A stretch of 64,000 nt of DNA from Rhodanobacter sp. (GTDB taxonomy: Bacteria; Pseudomonadota; Gammaproteobacteria; Xanthomonadales; Rhodanobacteraceae), in assembly GCA_004298015.1 (NCBI GenBank), contig SCSE01000009.1:13747-77746 (forward strand), in the 5' to 3' direction. Of the stretch, positions 27,573 to 42,376 are shown piece after piece. Position 1 is the stretch's first letter. Each line of letters opens with the position of its first letter. A model generated the notes under the pieces. That model was given only the letters and a program-made list of their open reading frames with translations. It was not told the DNA's origin and made no database searches. Made by a program: the position numbers and the translations under genes.

Positions 27573-30500
27573 TTACAGCGGCGCGAACAGCTCGGCCAAG
27601 TCGGTTTCGTTGAAGCGCAGCTGCTGGGTGGCGCCGCCACCTTCGAGCACGGCGCGGGCCAGTTCGGCCTTGCGGCCCTGCATCGCCTGGATCTTCTCCT
27701 CGACGGTACCGCTGCAGATCAGGCGGTAGACAAACACCGGCTTATCCTGGCCGATGCGGTGGGCGCGATCGGTGGCTTGTGCTTCGGCCGCCGGATTCCA
27801 CCACGGGTCGTAGTGGATCACGGTGTCGGCGGCAGTGAGGTTGAGGCCGACGCCGCCTGCCTTGAGGCTGATCAGGAACACCGGCACGCCACCGTCCTGG
27901 AACCGCTTGACCAGGCCGCTGCGCTCGCGTGCCGGGGTCTGGCCGGTGAGCATCTGGTAGCCGATCTTGCGCTTTTGCAGCGCGTTCTCGATCAGCGCCA
28001 GCATCTCGGTGAATTGCGAGAACAGCAGAATCCGGCGCCCTTCGTCGAGCAGGCCGTCGAGCAGTTCGAGCAAGGCGTCGAGCTTGGCGCTGGCGGTGAT
28101 CTTGCGGGCACTGTCCAGTTTGACCAGGCGGGGATCGCAACAGGCCTGGCGCAGCTTGAGCAGGGCGTCCAGCACGATGATGCCGGACTGGGCCAGGCCG
28201 CGATCCTTAACCGCCTGCTGCACGCGTTCATGCTGGGCCAGACGCAGGGTTTCGTAGAGCGCACGCTGATCGCCCTCGAGTTCCAGGGTGTGGACGATCT
28301 CGGTCTTCGCGGGCAGGTCGGTAAGCACGTCGTCCTTGCGTCGGCGCAGCAACAACGGGCCGATGCGCCGGTTCAGTCGTTGCTGGCGATCGGTGTCGGC
28401 GTGTTTCTCGATCGGGGTGCGGTAGAGCTTGGTGAACTGGCGCTGGCTCCCGAGCAGGCCCGGCTCCACCGCGTCGAACTGCGCCCACAGTTCGCCCAGA
28501 TGGTTTTCCAGCGGGGTACCGGTCATCGCCAGCCGACGCGTGGCGGGAATCTCGCGCACCACGCGCGCGGCCTGGCTGTTGGCGTTCTTGATCGCCTGTG
28601 CCTCGTCCAGCACTAGCAACGCGAAACGCTGCTGCAGCAGTTGCTCGCGATCGCGCGGCAGCAGCGGGTAGGTAGTGATGATCAGGTCGTGGCTGGCGAT
28701 CTCGTCGTAGCGGTCGGCCCGGGCAGCGCCATGAATGACCAGCACCTTCAGCGCCGGTGCAAAACGTGCCGCCTCGCTTTGCCAGTTGCCGACCAGGCTG
28801 GTCGGCGCAACCACCAGGGCGGGTTGTTCGAGTCGGCCGCGCTGTTTCTCGCCGAGGATGTGCGCCAGCACCTGCACGGTCTTGCCCAGGCCCATGTCGT
28901 CGGCCAGGATGCCGCCCAGACCGGCCGCGCCGAGGAAGTCCAGCCAGGCCAGGCCGTCGCACTGATACGGGCGCAGCGTGGCCTTGAAGCCCCTCGGCGG
29001 TGTGCTGTGCTGTTGCAGGTTTTGCAGCGCATCGAGATGGGCGCGCAACAACTCGGCGCCATGCCAGTGCAGGTGTTCGTCCAGCGCCGCCAGCACCGGT
29101 GCCTGGCTGCGGTGCAGGCGCAGCTCGCCGTCGCCTTCGAGCCATTCCAGCAGCGGTTCGATCAGTGTGCGCAGTCGGCTCAGCGGTATGTCGGCGCTGC
29201 GGGTTTCGTCCAGCAATACCCGCCAGCTGGCATGTTTCTTTTCGCCCTTGGCCGGCTGCCGCGGAAAGGCCGGGTCGGCCAGCAGGCGGCGCAGCACCGG
29301 CAGCAGGTCGATCCGCTCGCCACCGACATCGACCCCCAGCGAGACATCGAACCACTGGTTGCCGCTGGCCTCCAGGTCGGCGTGCCAGTCCTCGATCTCG
29401 ACCAGTTCGTCGTGTGGGAAGTCAGCGCCATAGTCGATGCGAAAACCGAGCTCGACCAGCTCGTCGAGCAGTGGCTTCCATGCGTGCGGCGGCGATGGCG
29501 GCTTGCGTTCATTCGGTTGCAGCAGGAAGTCGTTCTCGTCCAGTGGATGCTTGCGGATGCCGTGTTCCCAGGCGTAGAACCGCGCTTCGACCATGCCGCG
29601 GTTTTCCAGTTGCTCCTCGGCTTCACTCTCGGCGACGGGATCGCGGGTGATCTCCAGCACCTGCTCGCCGTGCATGAGGCGGGTGGCGCGGCCGAACGGG
29701 CGTCGTGGGTCGGGCGGCAAGCTGTGGCCGTCGTAGTCATGGGTCAGCCGTGCACAGCCAAACGTACCGGGTGCACGCTTGCCGTTGCGATCGCGCAGCG
29801 GCAGCTCGATCACGCGCAACTGCAATACCGGCATCGGTCGAGTGCTGATGATCTGCACCGGCGCACGTGGTTCCGGCAGCGGCAGCGGCAGTGGCAGAGT
29901 TGCCTTGCGCTGCTGCAATTGCAGGCGCAATGCGTCGACCTGCTCGGGCTGTACGACCGGTGCCAGGTCGATGCCATCGAGCAGGGTCGGATCACCATCG
30001 ACGCGGCCGTAGATCCGCTGTCTGGGCAGCACATACCACAGCCCGGCACCGCGCAGCAGCCGCGGCGACTCATCCGCTGCCACATGCGCGGCAAGCCGCT
30101 GGCCGCCGTCGGGAAGGCTCTCCCAGCGTATCTGCAACGGCAGTACCGGGCCACGCTGCAGGGGCACCGAACCCTTTTCGAAATAGACCGGGAAGTGTTG
30201 CAGTACCGCGTCCAGCGCCTGTTCCTGGTGGCTGGCGTGAATGGCCGTCCAATACTGGCCGGCGAGCTTGGCCGATTGATCGTGCAGCAGCATCGCCAGC
30301 GCGCCACCCACATTGACTGGCCAGCCACCGGCCGGCGCCGGCAACGCACCGGCATTTTCGTCCAGCTGCAGTGACTGCGGATCGACCAGGGATGCACGCT
30401 TGGTCTTGCCCGGGCGCAGCCATACCGGGTTGACCAGCAGCCGGTCGTCGTACTCGGCACTGCGCAGCAACACGCCGAACTGACGCTCCGCCGCCGCGAT

Positions 30501-31061
30501 CGTGGCGTGTCCGCTGTGCAGGGTTTCGAGTCGTCGCAGCCATTGCGACCACGCCGCCATTTCATGATCGTCGGAGGTCAGGTCAGCGCGTGCCGATGGC
30601 AGCAGCTTTTGCAACGCGTCGAGTTGCCCGCTGGCAGCCAGCTTGCGCATCACCAGTTGGCCCGCCGACGACGGAATGGGTGCGGCGGGCCGGTTGCGCG
30701 CTTTCGCCGGAGGCGTGGCCGGCAGGCTGTCCGGCCACGCCTCCGGCGGGAGGTTGGCAGCGATCAGCAACATTGCCGCAGCGTGTTTGCATTCGTTGCC
30801 GACCGGGCAGCTGCAGTCGGTATCCAGGGTCAGCCAGTTGCCATGGTTCTGCACCGCGACGCGGCAGCGGTAGGGCTGTTTTTCGCTGCCGCGGATGATG
30901 CCCTCGAGCGTGCATGCATCATCGCGCTCACCGGTGCTGAACTGCAGCGAGGTCACCCGTTGGCGTCGCGCGTAATCGGCGCCGCGCTGCAGTGAGCGCT
31001 CGTCGAAATTCGAGGCCCACTCGGCGAGCTGTAGCAACTGATGCAGATGACTGGAGAGCAT
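27573..31061 (-). CDS. SWIM zinc-finger / SNF2-family helicase
   Basis: 1162 aa. N-terminal SWIM motif CSCPVGNECKHAAA. Helicase motifs ILADDMGLGKT, LVLDEAQAIKN, MTGTPLEN and GGVGLNLTAADTVIHYDPWWNPA...DRAHRIGQ. Confidence 0.9.
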   Translation of the reverse strand: MLSSHLHQLLQLAEWASNFDERSLQRGADYARRQRVTSLQFSTGERDDACTLEGIIRGSEKQPYRCRVAVQNHGNWLTLDTDCSCPVGNECKHAAAMLLIAANLPPEAWPDSLPATPPAKARNRPAAPIPSSAGQLVMRKLAASGQLDALQKLLPSARADLTSDDHEMAAWSQWLRRLETLHSGHATIAAAERQFGVLLRSAEYDDRLLVNPVWLRPGKTKRASLVDPQSLQLDENAGALPAPAGGWPVNVGGALAMLLHDQSAKLAGQYWTAIHASHQEQALDAVLQHFPVYFEKGSVPLQRGPVLPLQIRWESLPDGGQRLAAHVAADESPRLLRGAGLWYVLPRQRIYGRVDGDPTLLDGIDLAPVVQPEQVDALRLQLQQRKATLPLPLPLPEPRAPVQIISTRPMPVLQLRVIELPLRDRNGKRAPGTFGCARLTHDYDGHSLPPDPRRPFGRATRLMHGEQVLEITRDPVAESEAEEQLENRGMVEARFYAWEHGIRKHPLDENDFLLQPNERKPPSPPHAWKPLLDELVELGFRIDYGADFPHDELVEIEDWHADLEASGNQWFDVSLGVDVGGERIDLLPVLRRLLADPAFPRQPAKGEKKHASWRVLLDETRSADIPLSRLRTLIEPLLEWLEGDGELRLHRSQAPVLAALDEHLHWHGAELLRAHLDALQNLQQHSTPPRGFKATLRPYQCDGLAWLDFLGAAGLGGILADDMGLGKTVQVLAHILGEKQRGRLEQPALVVAPTSLVGNWQSEAARFAPALKVLVIHGAARADRYDEIASHDLIITTYPLLPRDREQLLQQRFALLVLDEAQAIKNANSQAARVVREIPATRRLAMTGTPLENHLGELWAQFDAVEPGLLGSQRQFTKLYRTPIEKHADTDRQQRLNRRIGPLLLRRRKDDVLTDLPAKTEIVHTLELEGDQRALYETLRLAQHERVQQAVKDRGLAQSGIIVLDALLKLRQACCDPRLVKLDSARKITASAKLDALLELLDGLLDEGRRILLFSQFTEMLALIENALQKRKIGYQMLTGQTPARERSGLVKRFQDGGVPVFLISLKAGGVGLNLTAADTVIHYDPWWNPAAEAQATDRAHRIGQDKPVFVYRLICSGTVEEKIQAMQGRKAELARAVLEGGGATQQLRFNETDLAELFAPL

Positions 31062-31313
31062 GGGGAACCGGTGGCTGGATCGACGGAGGCAAACCCCTAT
31101 TCTCGCACGCTGGCATCGGGGAGCCGCAGCTCGATGCCGGTGACGCCCCGCACACGCCCAGCTGAATAGGCCACGCGACTGTCACGGCGCGTTAACCCGC
31201 AGCTATTGACACTCATGCCCGGAATGTCGGCTTCCATGGCATGCCATCGTCGAAATCGCGGTTATTGTTGGCGCTTTCGAGAATTCATCAAAATCTGAAC
31301 CGGGAGGTGTCCT

Positions 31314-31553
31314 GTGAAAATCTGTCGCCCTGCTATCTATGCGGTGTCGCTAGCTGCCGTGCTGGCCTTGAGTGCCTGTGGCAAGGATCATGATTCGTCG
31401 TCTGCGCCGCCACCGGCCAGCGCGATGACGGCACCACCGCCGGCCAGCACGTCCACCGCGATGACGCCAATGAACGGTGCGCCGATGACGCCACCCGCGC
31501 ACAGCGGATCGGCGATGGTGCCGCCGAGCGAAAGCAGCTCATCCGGCCAGTAG
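31314..31553 (+). CDS. Small low-complexity (P/A/S/T/M-rich) lipoprotein
   Basis: GTG start 7 nt after GGGAGG. Signal peptide plus lipobox LALSAC. Followed by a terminator hairpin. Confidence 0.5.
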   Translation: MKICRPAIYAVSLAAVLALSACGKDHDSSSAPPPASAMTAPPPASTSTAMTPMNGAPMTPPAHSGSAMVPPSESSSSGQ

Positions 31554-31609
31554 GTCAGGCATAAGCGGCTTGGCTTGCGGCGTTGGCAACCGGACGCTGC
31601 GAGCCTCTC

Positions 31610-31645
31610 GGCACAGGGCGGGATGTCTCGTCCTGTGCCCTTTTG
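31610..31645 (+). terminator. Rho-independent terminator
   Basis: Hairpin GGCACAGG ... CCTGTGCC with an extended inner stem, followed by CTTTTG. Confidence 0.55.
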
Positions 31646-31819
31646 CGCGTGCGTGCCGGTCCGGCGCGCAATGTCCCGGGCGGCCGCATTCGTTGACTGG
31701 TGGAGGCCTGTGGCCGGATGGATTGGTCAACGGGCGCGATTCCGGCGAAAATGGGCGGCCAAGATTCCACTGGCGCGCTGGCGCAACCTGTCGCAGCGCC
31801 TCATTCACCGGAGAGTTTC

Positions 31820-33079
<1,260 letters not shown>

Positions 33080-33099
33080 GCCGCTCATCAGCGAACGAC

Positions 33100-33129
33100 G
33101 ACGGGGCGCTTCGGCGCCCCGTCAGTTTT
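33100..33129 (+). terminator. Rho-independent terminator downstream of icd
   Basis: Perfect 10-bp stem GACGGGGCGC / GCGCCCCGTC with a TTCG loop, followed by AGTTTT. Confidence 0.75.
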
Positions 33130-33331
33130 GCGCAGGCCGACCCCAGGCGGCGACGTGGGCATGACACTGGCTCTTTGAGTGCTGCGGCTCGTGCCACCCG
33201 CCCAATGACCGACAGAACAGGCCCTGCTCAGCCTGTTGTCCGATGCCATGAGGGAATGTCCTGTCGCGGCCAAATACCCGGATGAACCAAGGCGGCCGTT
33301 CTGTTGCACGCGGTTTCGATAGACTGATGCC

Positions 33332-35086
33332 ATGGACACCATGACTGGCACCAGCCCCTCCCGCGACCCCCAGGCCCACGCGGCAGCGGCGTTGATCCTC
33401 GATGGCTTCGTCGACTACAACGCGCGATTTTCCGACATCACACGGCGCGCCCGGCGCCGTTTCGAGCGGCGCGAGTGGAAGCTGGTGCGGCGTGATGCCG
33501 ATGCGCGGATCGACCTCTACGACGAGTGCATTGGCGAAACGCTGGCCCGGTTGGACATATTGCTGGACGACCGGATTCGTTCACGCCCGTTGTGGGCGAC
33601 CATGCGGCAACGTTACGAGGGCCTGCTGGCCACGCTGGCCGATCGCGAGTTGTACAAGACCTGGTTCAATTCGCTGTCGCGACGCCGTTTCCGCACCCAC
33701 GGCGTGGTCGCGGACATCGAGTTCGTGGCACTGGATCGGGCACCTTACACCGAGCCCAGCGATGCGGCGCCGCATCGCCGTTACGCGGTGGATGAGGGTA
33801 CGCTGTCGGGCATCTGTCGTCGCCTGCTGGCCGACTATGCACATGCCGCGGCGTATGCCGACTTGTCCGGCTGCGCAGCACGCCTCGCGACCGCATTGTG
33901 GCGATGCCAGGGTGCCGAGGATCGCGGTGCGATCGAGGAACTGCACGTACTTGAGACGGTGTTCTACCGCGAGCGTCGCGCCTATCTGGTAGGGCGTCTG
34001 CGCAGCGGCGGGCGCCGCTATCCGCTGGTTGTCGCCTTGGTGCATGAGCCTGCCGGAGTCCGGGTCGATGCGCTGATCGCCTCGATGGATCAGGTCTCGA
34101 TCCTGTTCGGCTATGCACGCAGCTACTTTCATGCGGACATCGCCAATGTCGGTGCGGCGGTCGCGTTTTTGCATGCCTTGCTGCCGCACAAACCGCTGGA
34201 GGAGTTGTATACCGTGCTCGGTCGTGCGCGCCAGGGCAAGACCGAGCGTTATCGGCGGGTGTTCGGGCATCTGGCCATCCATCCGCAGGAGCGGCTGGTG
34301 CGCGCCGATGGCAAGCGCGGCATGGTGATGGAGGTGTTCACGCTGCGCGATCTGCCGGTGGTATTCAAGGTCATTCGCGATCGCTTCGCCTGGCCAAAGG
34401 ATACCGAGCGCCACCTGGTCGAGGCGAAGTACCGGCTGGTCTTTCATCACGATCGGGTCGGCCGGCTGGTCGATGCGCAGGAATTCCGCCAGTTGCGATT
34501 TCCGCTGCGGCAGGTCGACCCGACCCTGCGCCACGAGTTGCTGGAAAGCTGTGCCGACAGCGTGCGGGTGGAGGACGATGATCTGGTGGTGGCACATTGC
34601 TATGTGGAGCATCGGTTGCGGCCGATGGATCTGTACGTGCGCGAGGTCGGCACGGACGAGGCGTGTCGTGCGATGCGTGACTACGGGCAGGCGGTCAAGG
34701 ACCTGGCCGGCAGCAATATCTTTCCCGGTGACCTGTTGCTGAAGAATTTCGGCATTTCGCGCAATGGTCGGGCGGTGTTTTACGACTACGACGAACTGTG
34801 CACGCTGGGCGAGTGCCGTTTTCGCGCATTGCCGCCGATGCACGAGGACGACGAGATGCGGCCGCTGCAGGACGAGGTCTACGCGGCGCCGGAGGACATC
34901 TTTCCCGAGTTGTTCATCAAGTTTCTCGGCGTGCCGGCGCCGTTGCGCGAGGCATTGCGTGAAGTCCACGGCGAAATTTTCGACCCGCACTGGTGGCAGG
35001 CGCTGCAGGCGCGGCTGCGTGCGGGCGACTACGTGGATGTGCCGCCGTATCCGGCCTCCGCGACATTGCCGGTGCCGCCACCATAG
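33332..35086 (+). CDS. aceK: Isocitrate dehydrogenase kinase/phosphatase
   Basis: 584 aa. The N-terminus (...ILDGFVDYNARFSDITRRARRRFE...) and overall length match AceK. Confidence 0.9.
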   Translation: MDTMTGTSPSRDPQAHAAAALILDGFVDYNARFSDITRRARRRFERREWKLVRRDADARIDLYDECIGETLARLDILLDDRIRSRPLWATMRQRYEGLLATLADRELYKTWFNSLSRRRFRTHGVVADIEFVALDRAPYTEPSDAAPHRRYAVDEGTLSGICRRLLADYAHAAAYADLSGCAARLATALWRCQGAEDRGAIEELHVLETVFYRERRAYLVGRLRSGGRRYPLVVALVHEPAGVRVDALIASMDQVSILFGYARSYFHADIANVGAAVAFLHALLPHKPLEELYTVLGRARQGKTERYRRVFGHLAIHPQERLVRADGKRGMVMEVFTLRDLPVVFKVIRDRFAWPKDTERHLVEAKYRLVFHHDRVGRLVDAQEFRQLRFPLRQVDPTLRHELLESCADSVRVEDDDLVVAHCYVEHRLRPMDLYVREVGTDEACRAMRDYGQAVKDLAGSNIFPGDLLLKNFGISRNGRAVFYDYDELCTLGECRFRALPPMHEDDEMRPLQDEVYAAPEDIFPELFIKFLGVPAPLREALREVHGEIFDPHWWQALQARLRAGDYVDVPPYPASATLPVPPP

Positions 35087-35138
35087 GTCGTGGTGGCCAG
35101 GTCAACGACGCGATCCGGTGGGCCGCTTCGTGCGGGAT

Positions 35139-35510
35139 TCAGAGCGGGCGCAGTTGCTCGCTCAGCGAACGGGTTTTCTCGCTGACGGTGGTGCCGGTAT
35201 GCAGGGTCGACTTGCGCTCGATCAGCAGCAACAGGCATTCCTTCTGGGCCACCGGGTTGTGCCTGACGCCCTTCGGCACGACGAACATCTCGCCCTCGGC
35301 CAGCTCGACCGTACGGTCTTCCATCTCGATGCGCAGCTGGCCCTGCAGAACCAGGAACATCTCATCCTCGTCCTGGTGACTGTGCCAGTCCAGGGTACCC
35401 AGTACCTTGGCGACCTTGACGTAGCTGTCGTCGACTTCAGCCACCACGCGTGGTGACCAGTACTCGGACAGTGCGGCGGCAGTTTCTCGTGGGGAGGTGA
35501 CCTTGGACAT
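35139..35510 (-). CDS. Cupin domain protein
   Basis: 123 aa with the WHSHQDEDEMFLVLQG...GEMFVVPKGVRHNP cupin motifs. Confidence 0.75.
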   Translation of the reverse strand: MSKVTSPRETAAALSEYWSPRVVAEVDDSYVKVAKVLGTLDWHSHQDEDEMFLVLQGQLRIEMEDRTVELAEGEMFVVPKGVRHNPVAQKECLLLLIERKSTLHTGTTVSEKTRSLSEQLRPL

Positions 35511-35533
35511 GGGGTTTCCGGGGTTGCGCGGGC

Positions 35534-36295
35534 TTACTTCGCCTTGCCCTGATTGGCCACGGCGGCCATCCTGGCTTCGATATCCGCCGCGTCGCCGAGG
35601 TAGTAGTGACGCAGCGGCTTGAGCTGCTCGTCGAATTCGTAGACCAGCGGTACGCCATTGGGGATGTTCAGTTCGACGATCGCCTCGTCGGAGATGCCGT
35701 CGAGGTACTTCACCAGGGCACGCAACGAATTGCCATGCGCGGCCACCAGTACCCGCTGCCCGGCCTTGATCGCGGGTGCCAATACCTCATGCCAGTACGG
35801 CAGCACGCGGGCTACGGTGTCCTTCAGGCATTCGGTATCGGGGATCTCTTGCGGATTCAGGCGGGCATAACGCGGGTCGGTCACCGAGGCATTGGTCGCG
35901 CGATCGAGCGCCGGCGGCGGGGTGTCGTAACTGCGCCGCCAGATCTTGACCTGGGCCTCGCCGTACTTGGCGGCGGTCTCGGCCTTGTTCAGGCCGGTCA
36001 GTGCGCCGTAGTGGCGTTCGTTGAGACGCCAGTCGGTATGCACCGGTATCCACATCTGTTCCAGCGCATCCTGTACGCCCCAAAGGGTGCGCACCGCGCG
36101 CTTGAGTACCGAGGTGTGCGCCACGTCGAAGGCGTAACCCTCCTGTTTGAGCTGTCGCCCCGCTTCGCGTGCTTCGGCCATGCCCTGTTCGGTGAGATCG
36201 ACATCGGCCCAGCCGCTGAAGCGGTTGTCGAGATTCCACTGGGATTGACCATGGCGGATCAGTACGAGGGTATGCATGTGGGCGGCCATCGGCAC
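35534..36295 (-). CDS. gpmA: 2,3-bisphosphoglycerate-dependent phosphoglycerate mutase
   Basis: [12 protein letters not shown] catalytic-His motif. The true start may be the downstream Met at 36277 ([10 protein letters not shown]). Confidence 0.9.
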   Translation of the reverse strand: MPMAAHMHTLVLIRHGQSQWNLDNRFSGWADVDLTEQGMAEAREAGRQLKQEGYAFDVAHTSVLKRAVRTLWGVQDALEQMWIPVHTDWRLNERHYGALTGLNKAETAAKYGEAQVKIWRRSYDTPPPALDRATNASVTDPRYARLNPQEIPDTECLKDTVARVLPYWHEVLAPAIKAGQRVLVAAHGNSLRALVKYLDGISDEAIVELNIPNGVPLVYEFDEQLKPLRHYYLGDAADIEARMAAVANQGKAK

Positions 36296-36423
36296 GAAAC
36301 AGACCCGGAATGGTGCAGGGCCGCACGTCCAGCGTCAAATGTCGCCCCTGCCACTGGTCATGTAAACCGCCGGCCGGCGGCGGGCATCTGAACCTCGATC
36401 ATCCATCAACCAGGGAGAATGTC

Positions 36424-37083
36424 ATGCGCCGACTTGCAACGATCCTCATCCTCAGTGCCTTTGCCCTCGGTCTGCCGTGGTTGGCCGCCGCGCGAAACGG
36501 CGATATCGACAAGGTCAACGGCGCGGTCCGCGTCGAGGCCGGTCAGCAAGCCGGTGATGTCAGCACGGTCAACGGGGCAGTACATGTCGGCAACGGTGCC
36601 AGCGTGCACAAGGCCAGCACCGTCAATGGCTCGGTCGAGCTGGGCGAGAAGGCGCAGGCCAGCGAGGTCGGCACGGTCAACGGCGCGATTTCGCTGGGTG
36701 GCGACAGCCATGTCAGCGGCGAGGTAAGCGCTGTCAACGGTAGCATCCGACTGGCGCATGGGGCCGACATCGGCGGCAAGCTGGACAACGTCAATGGTGC
36801 GATCGTGCTGGACGATGCCCATGTCGCTGGCGGCATCAGTACGGTCAATGGGGACATTACGGTGGGTGCGAATTCCCGTGTCGAAGGCGGGATCCTGGTC
36901 GAGAAGTCCAGCAGCTGGTTCAACTGGAGCAGCCGCAAGCCGACGATCGTGATCGGCCCGCATGCGGTGGTGCAGGGCACCCTGGATTTCCGTCGCAAGG
37001 TGGTGCTGAATGTCAGTGACAGCGCGCAGATCGGCCCGGTGAAGGGCGCCGCCGTGGTGAAATTCAGCGGTGCCAATCCATAA
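36424..37083 (+). CDS. Secreted repeat protein (about seven 18-19-residue VNG repeats; beta-helix-like)
   Basis: Starts after AGGGAG. Signal peptide MRRLATILILSAFALGLPWLAAA. The unit xVNGxIxLGxxxxVxxxxS/T repeats with 18-19 aa periodicity. Confidence 0.6.
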   Translation: MRRLATILILSAFALGLPWLAAARNGDIDKVNGAVRVEAGQQAGDVSTVNGAVHVGNGASVHKASTVNGSVELGEKAQASEVGTVNGAISLGGDSHVSGEVSAVNGSIRLAHGADIGGKLDNVNGAIVLDDAHVAGGISTVNGDITVGANSRVEGGILVEKSSSWFNWSSRKPTIVIGPHAVVQGTLDFRRKVVLNVSDSAQIGPVKGAAVVKFSGANP

Positions 37084-37089
37084 ACCTTG

Positions 37090-40854
<3,765 letters not shown>

Positions 40855-40894
40855 GTCGGTTTCTGGCATCAGGTTCCGCAGCGGGTGCAGCGCT

Positions 40895-42301
40895 TCAGTG
40901 GCTGGGCGTAGCCGGCGGCGAACGCTGGAAACTGCCGGCGAAGCCGGGGAACACCACCGGGCTTTCGAAGCCGTCGGCCGATACCGATGAGACGCCGAAG
41001 AACCAGTCGTCGATCACCACGTCCTTGAGCACGGCGTGGTCGACATCGCCAACCGTACGGGCGTACTGCCAGCGCGGTGCGGTAGTGTCGCGCCAGTGCA
41101 CGCGGTAGCCGGCGGCGCCCGGCACCTTGTGCCAGCTCACCGTGGTGTCGTCGGCCACCGCACCCTTGATCGCCACGTCGGCAGGTGGTGCAGGAGCGCG
41201 GCTCAATGCAGCCATGGTGATGGTGTTGAGTGCGGTGACCCGTGTCAGGTAGCGGAAGTCGATGCCGGCAAGGGTATCGCCGTAGCGGATGCCGTTTTCG
41301 GTGCGCAAATCCTGATGCTGGTGATGGTAATCCTCGTGCGACTCGGTGACGCGCACGGCGGGGAAACCGGCCTTGAGAAATTCGACCTGATCGCCACCGC
41401 GTCCGAAGCGGTCGGTGCGATAAATCATCCTTACCCGCAGGTCCGGCAGGTAGTCGTCAGCCAGCGTTGCCATGTAGCGGGCCAGGTTGCGCGACGGTGA
41501 ATCCACCTCGCCACCGTGATAGCGCCGATAGGCGGCTTGCCGGAGTGTCTCGTTGCTCTTGGTGCCCTCGGAAAATACCCTCACCGTGGTGCTGTCGAAG
41601 ACCCCGTTCATGCCGCGGCTGTTGCCGATGATGTCATTGTTGAGGTCGGCCTCGACCTGCCAGCCCTGGGCCACCGCGTAGTCAGCCAGCACCTTGCCGC
41701 CGTACAGACCTTGCTCTTCGCCCGACAGTGCGGCGAATACCACGGTGGCCTTGTTGGGCTGTTTGGACAACAGTCGTGCCGCCTCGATCAGTGCCGCAAC
41801 GCCTGAGCCATCGTCATCGGCGCCGGGGGCATCGCTGTGATTGTTCATGATGTCGGTGACACGGGAATCCAGATGCCCGCTCATCACGATCACCCGTCCG
41901 ATCTTGTGCGGCGCGGGATCGTCGCTGCCGCGCTTGATCGCGACGATGTCCATCACTTCGGTCGGCGTCGGGATGCGCTCGCCGGAGACCACTTGCGACG
42001 GTGTGACGATCTCCAGGCAGCCTCCGCAGGACTTCGAAATGGCCTCGAAGCGAGACTTTACCCAGCGCCGCGCGGCGCCGATGCCGCGCGTGTCGGACTT
42101 GGTGTCGGAAAGCGTGTGGCGTGTGCCGAAGCCGACCAGTCGGGTGATGGTGGCGCGCAACTGCGCCTGGCTGGGCGCCTCGGCCAGCGCTCGCAGTTCC
42201 GGCTGGGCATGGGGATACGCCTCGGCTGCCGGCCGTGCGTCGGCGATGCCGGAAAACTGCGTCAAGACAATAAACAGGCAGACCGGGAAATAACGCACCA
42301 T
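40895..42301 (-). CDS. Secreted M28-family metallopeptidase with a C-terminal FN3-like domain
   Basis: Starts MVRYFPVCLFIVLTQFSGIADA (signal peptide). Has SGHLDS, DDDGSGVAAL and GEEQGLYG zinc-aminopeptidase motifs. Confidence 0.8.
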   Translation of the reverse strand: MVRYFPVCLFIVLTQFSGIADARPAAEAYPHAQPELRALAEAPSQAQLRATITRLVGFGTRHTLSDTKSDTRGIGAARRWVKSRFEAISKSCGGCLEIVTPSQVVSGERIPTPTEVMDIVAIKRGSDDPAPHKIGRVIVMSGHLDSRVTDIMNNHSDAPGADDDGSGVAALIEAARLLSKQPNKATVVFAALSGEEQGLYGGKVLADYAVAQGWQVEADLNNDIIGNSRGMNGVFDSTTVRVFSEGTKSNETLRQAAYRRYHGGEVDSPSRNLARYMATLADDYLPDLRVRMIYRTDRFGRGGDQVEFLKAGFPAVRVTESHEDYHHQHQDLRTENGIRYGDTLAGIDFRYLTRVTALNTITMAALSRAPAPPADVAIKGAVADDTTVSWHKVPGAAGYRVHWRDTTAPRWQYARTVGDVDHAVLKDVVIDDWFFGVSSVSADGFESPVVFPGFAGSFQRSPPATPSH

Positions 42302-42376
42302 GATGGGTACCTCGTTTGGCAAGTGATTGTGAAAACTACAGGAAAGCACGAAAGGAACGGCAGGCCTCGCTCCCGT

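Noticed and set aside
27573-31061. The SNF2 helicase as part of a DISARM/Zorya/other anti-phage system.
   Set aside because: No partner genes (DUF1998, PLD nuclease, methyltransferase, ZorABC-like) are adjacent. The neighbours are an efflux operon and icd.
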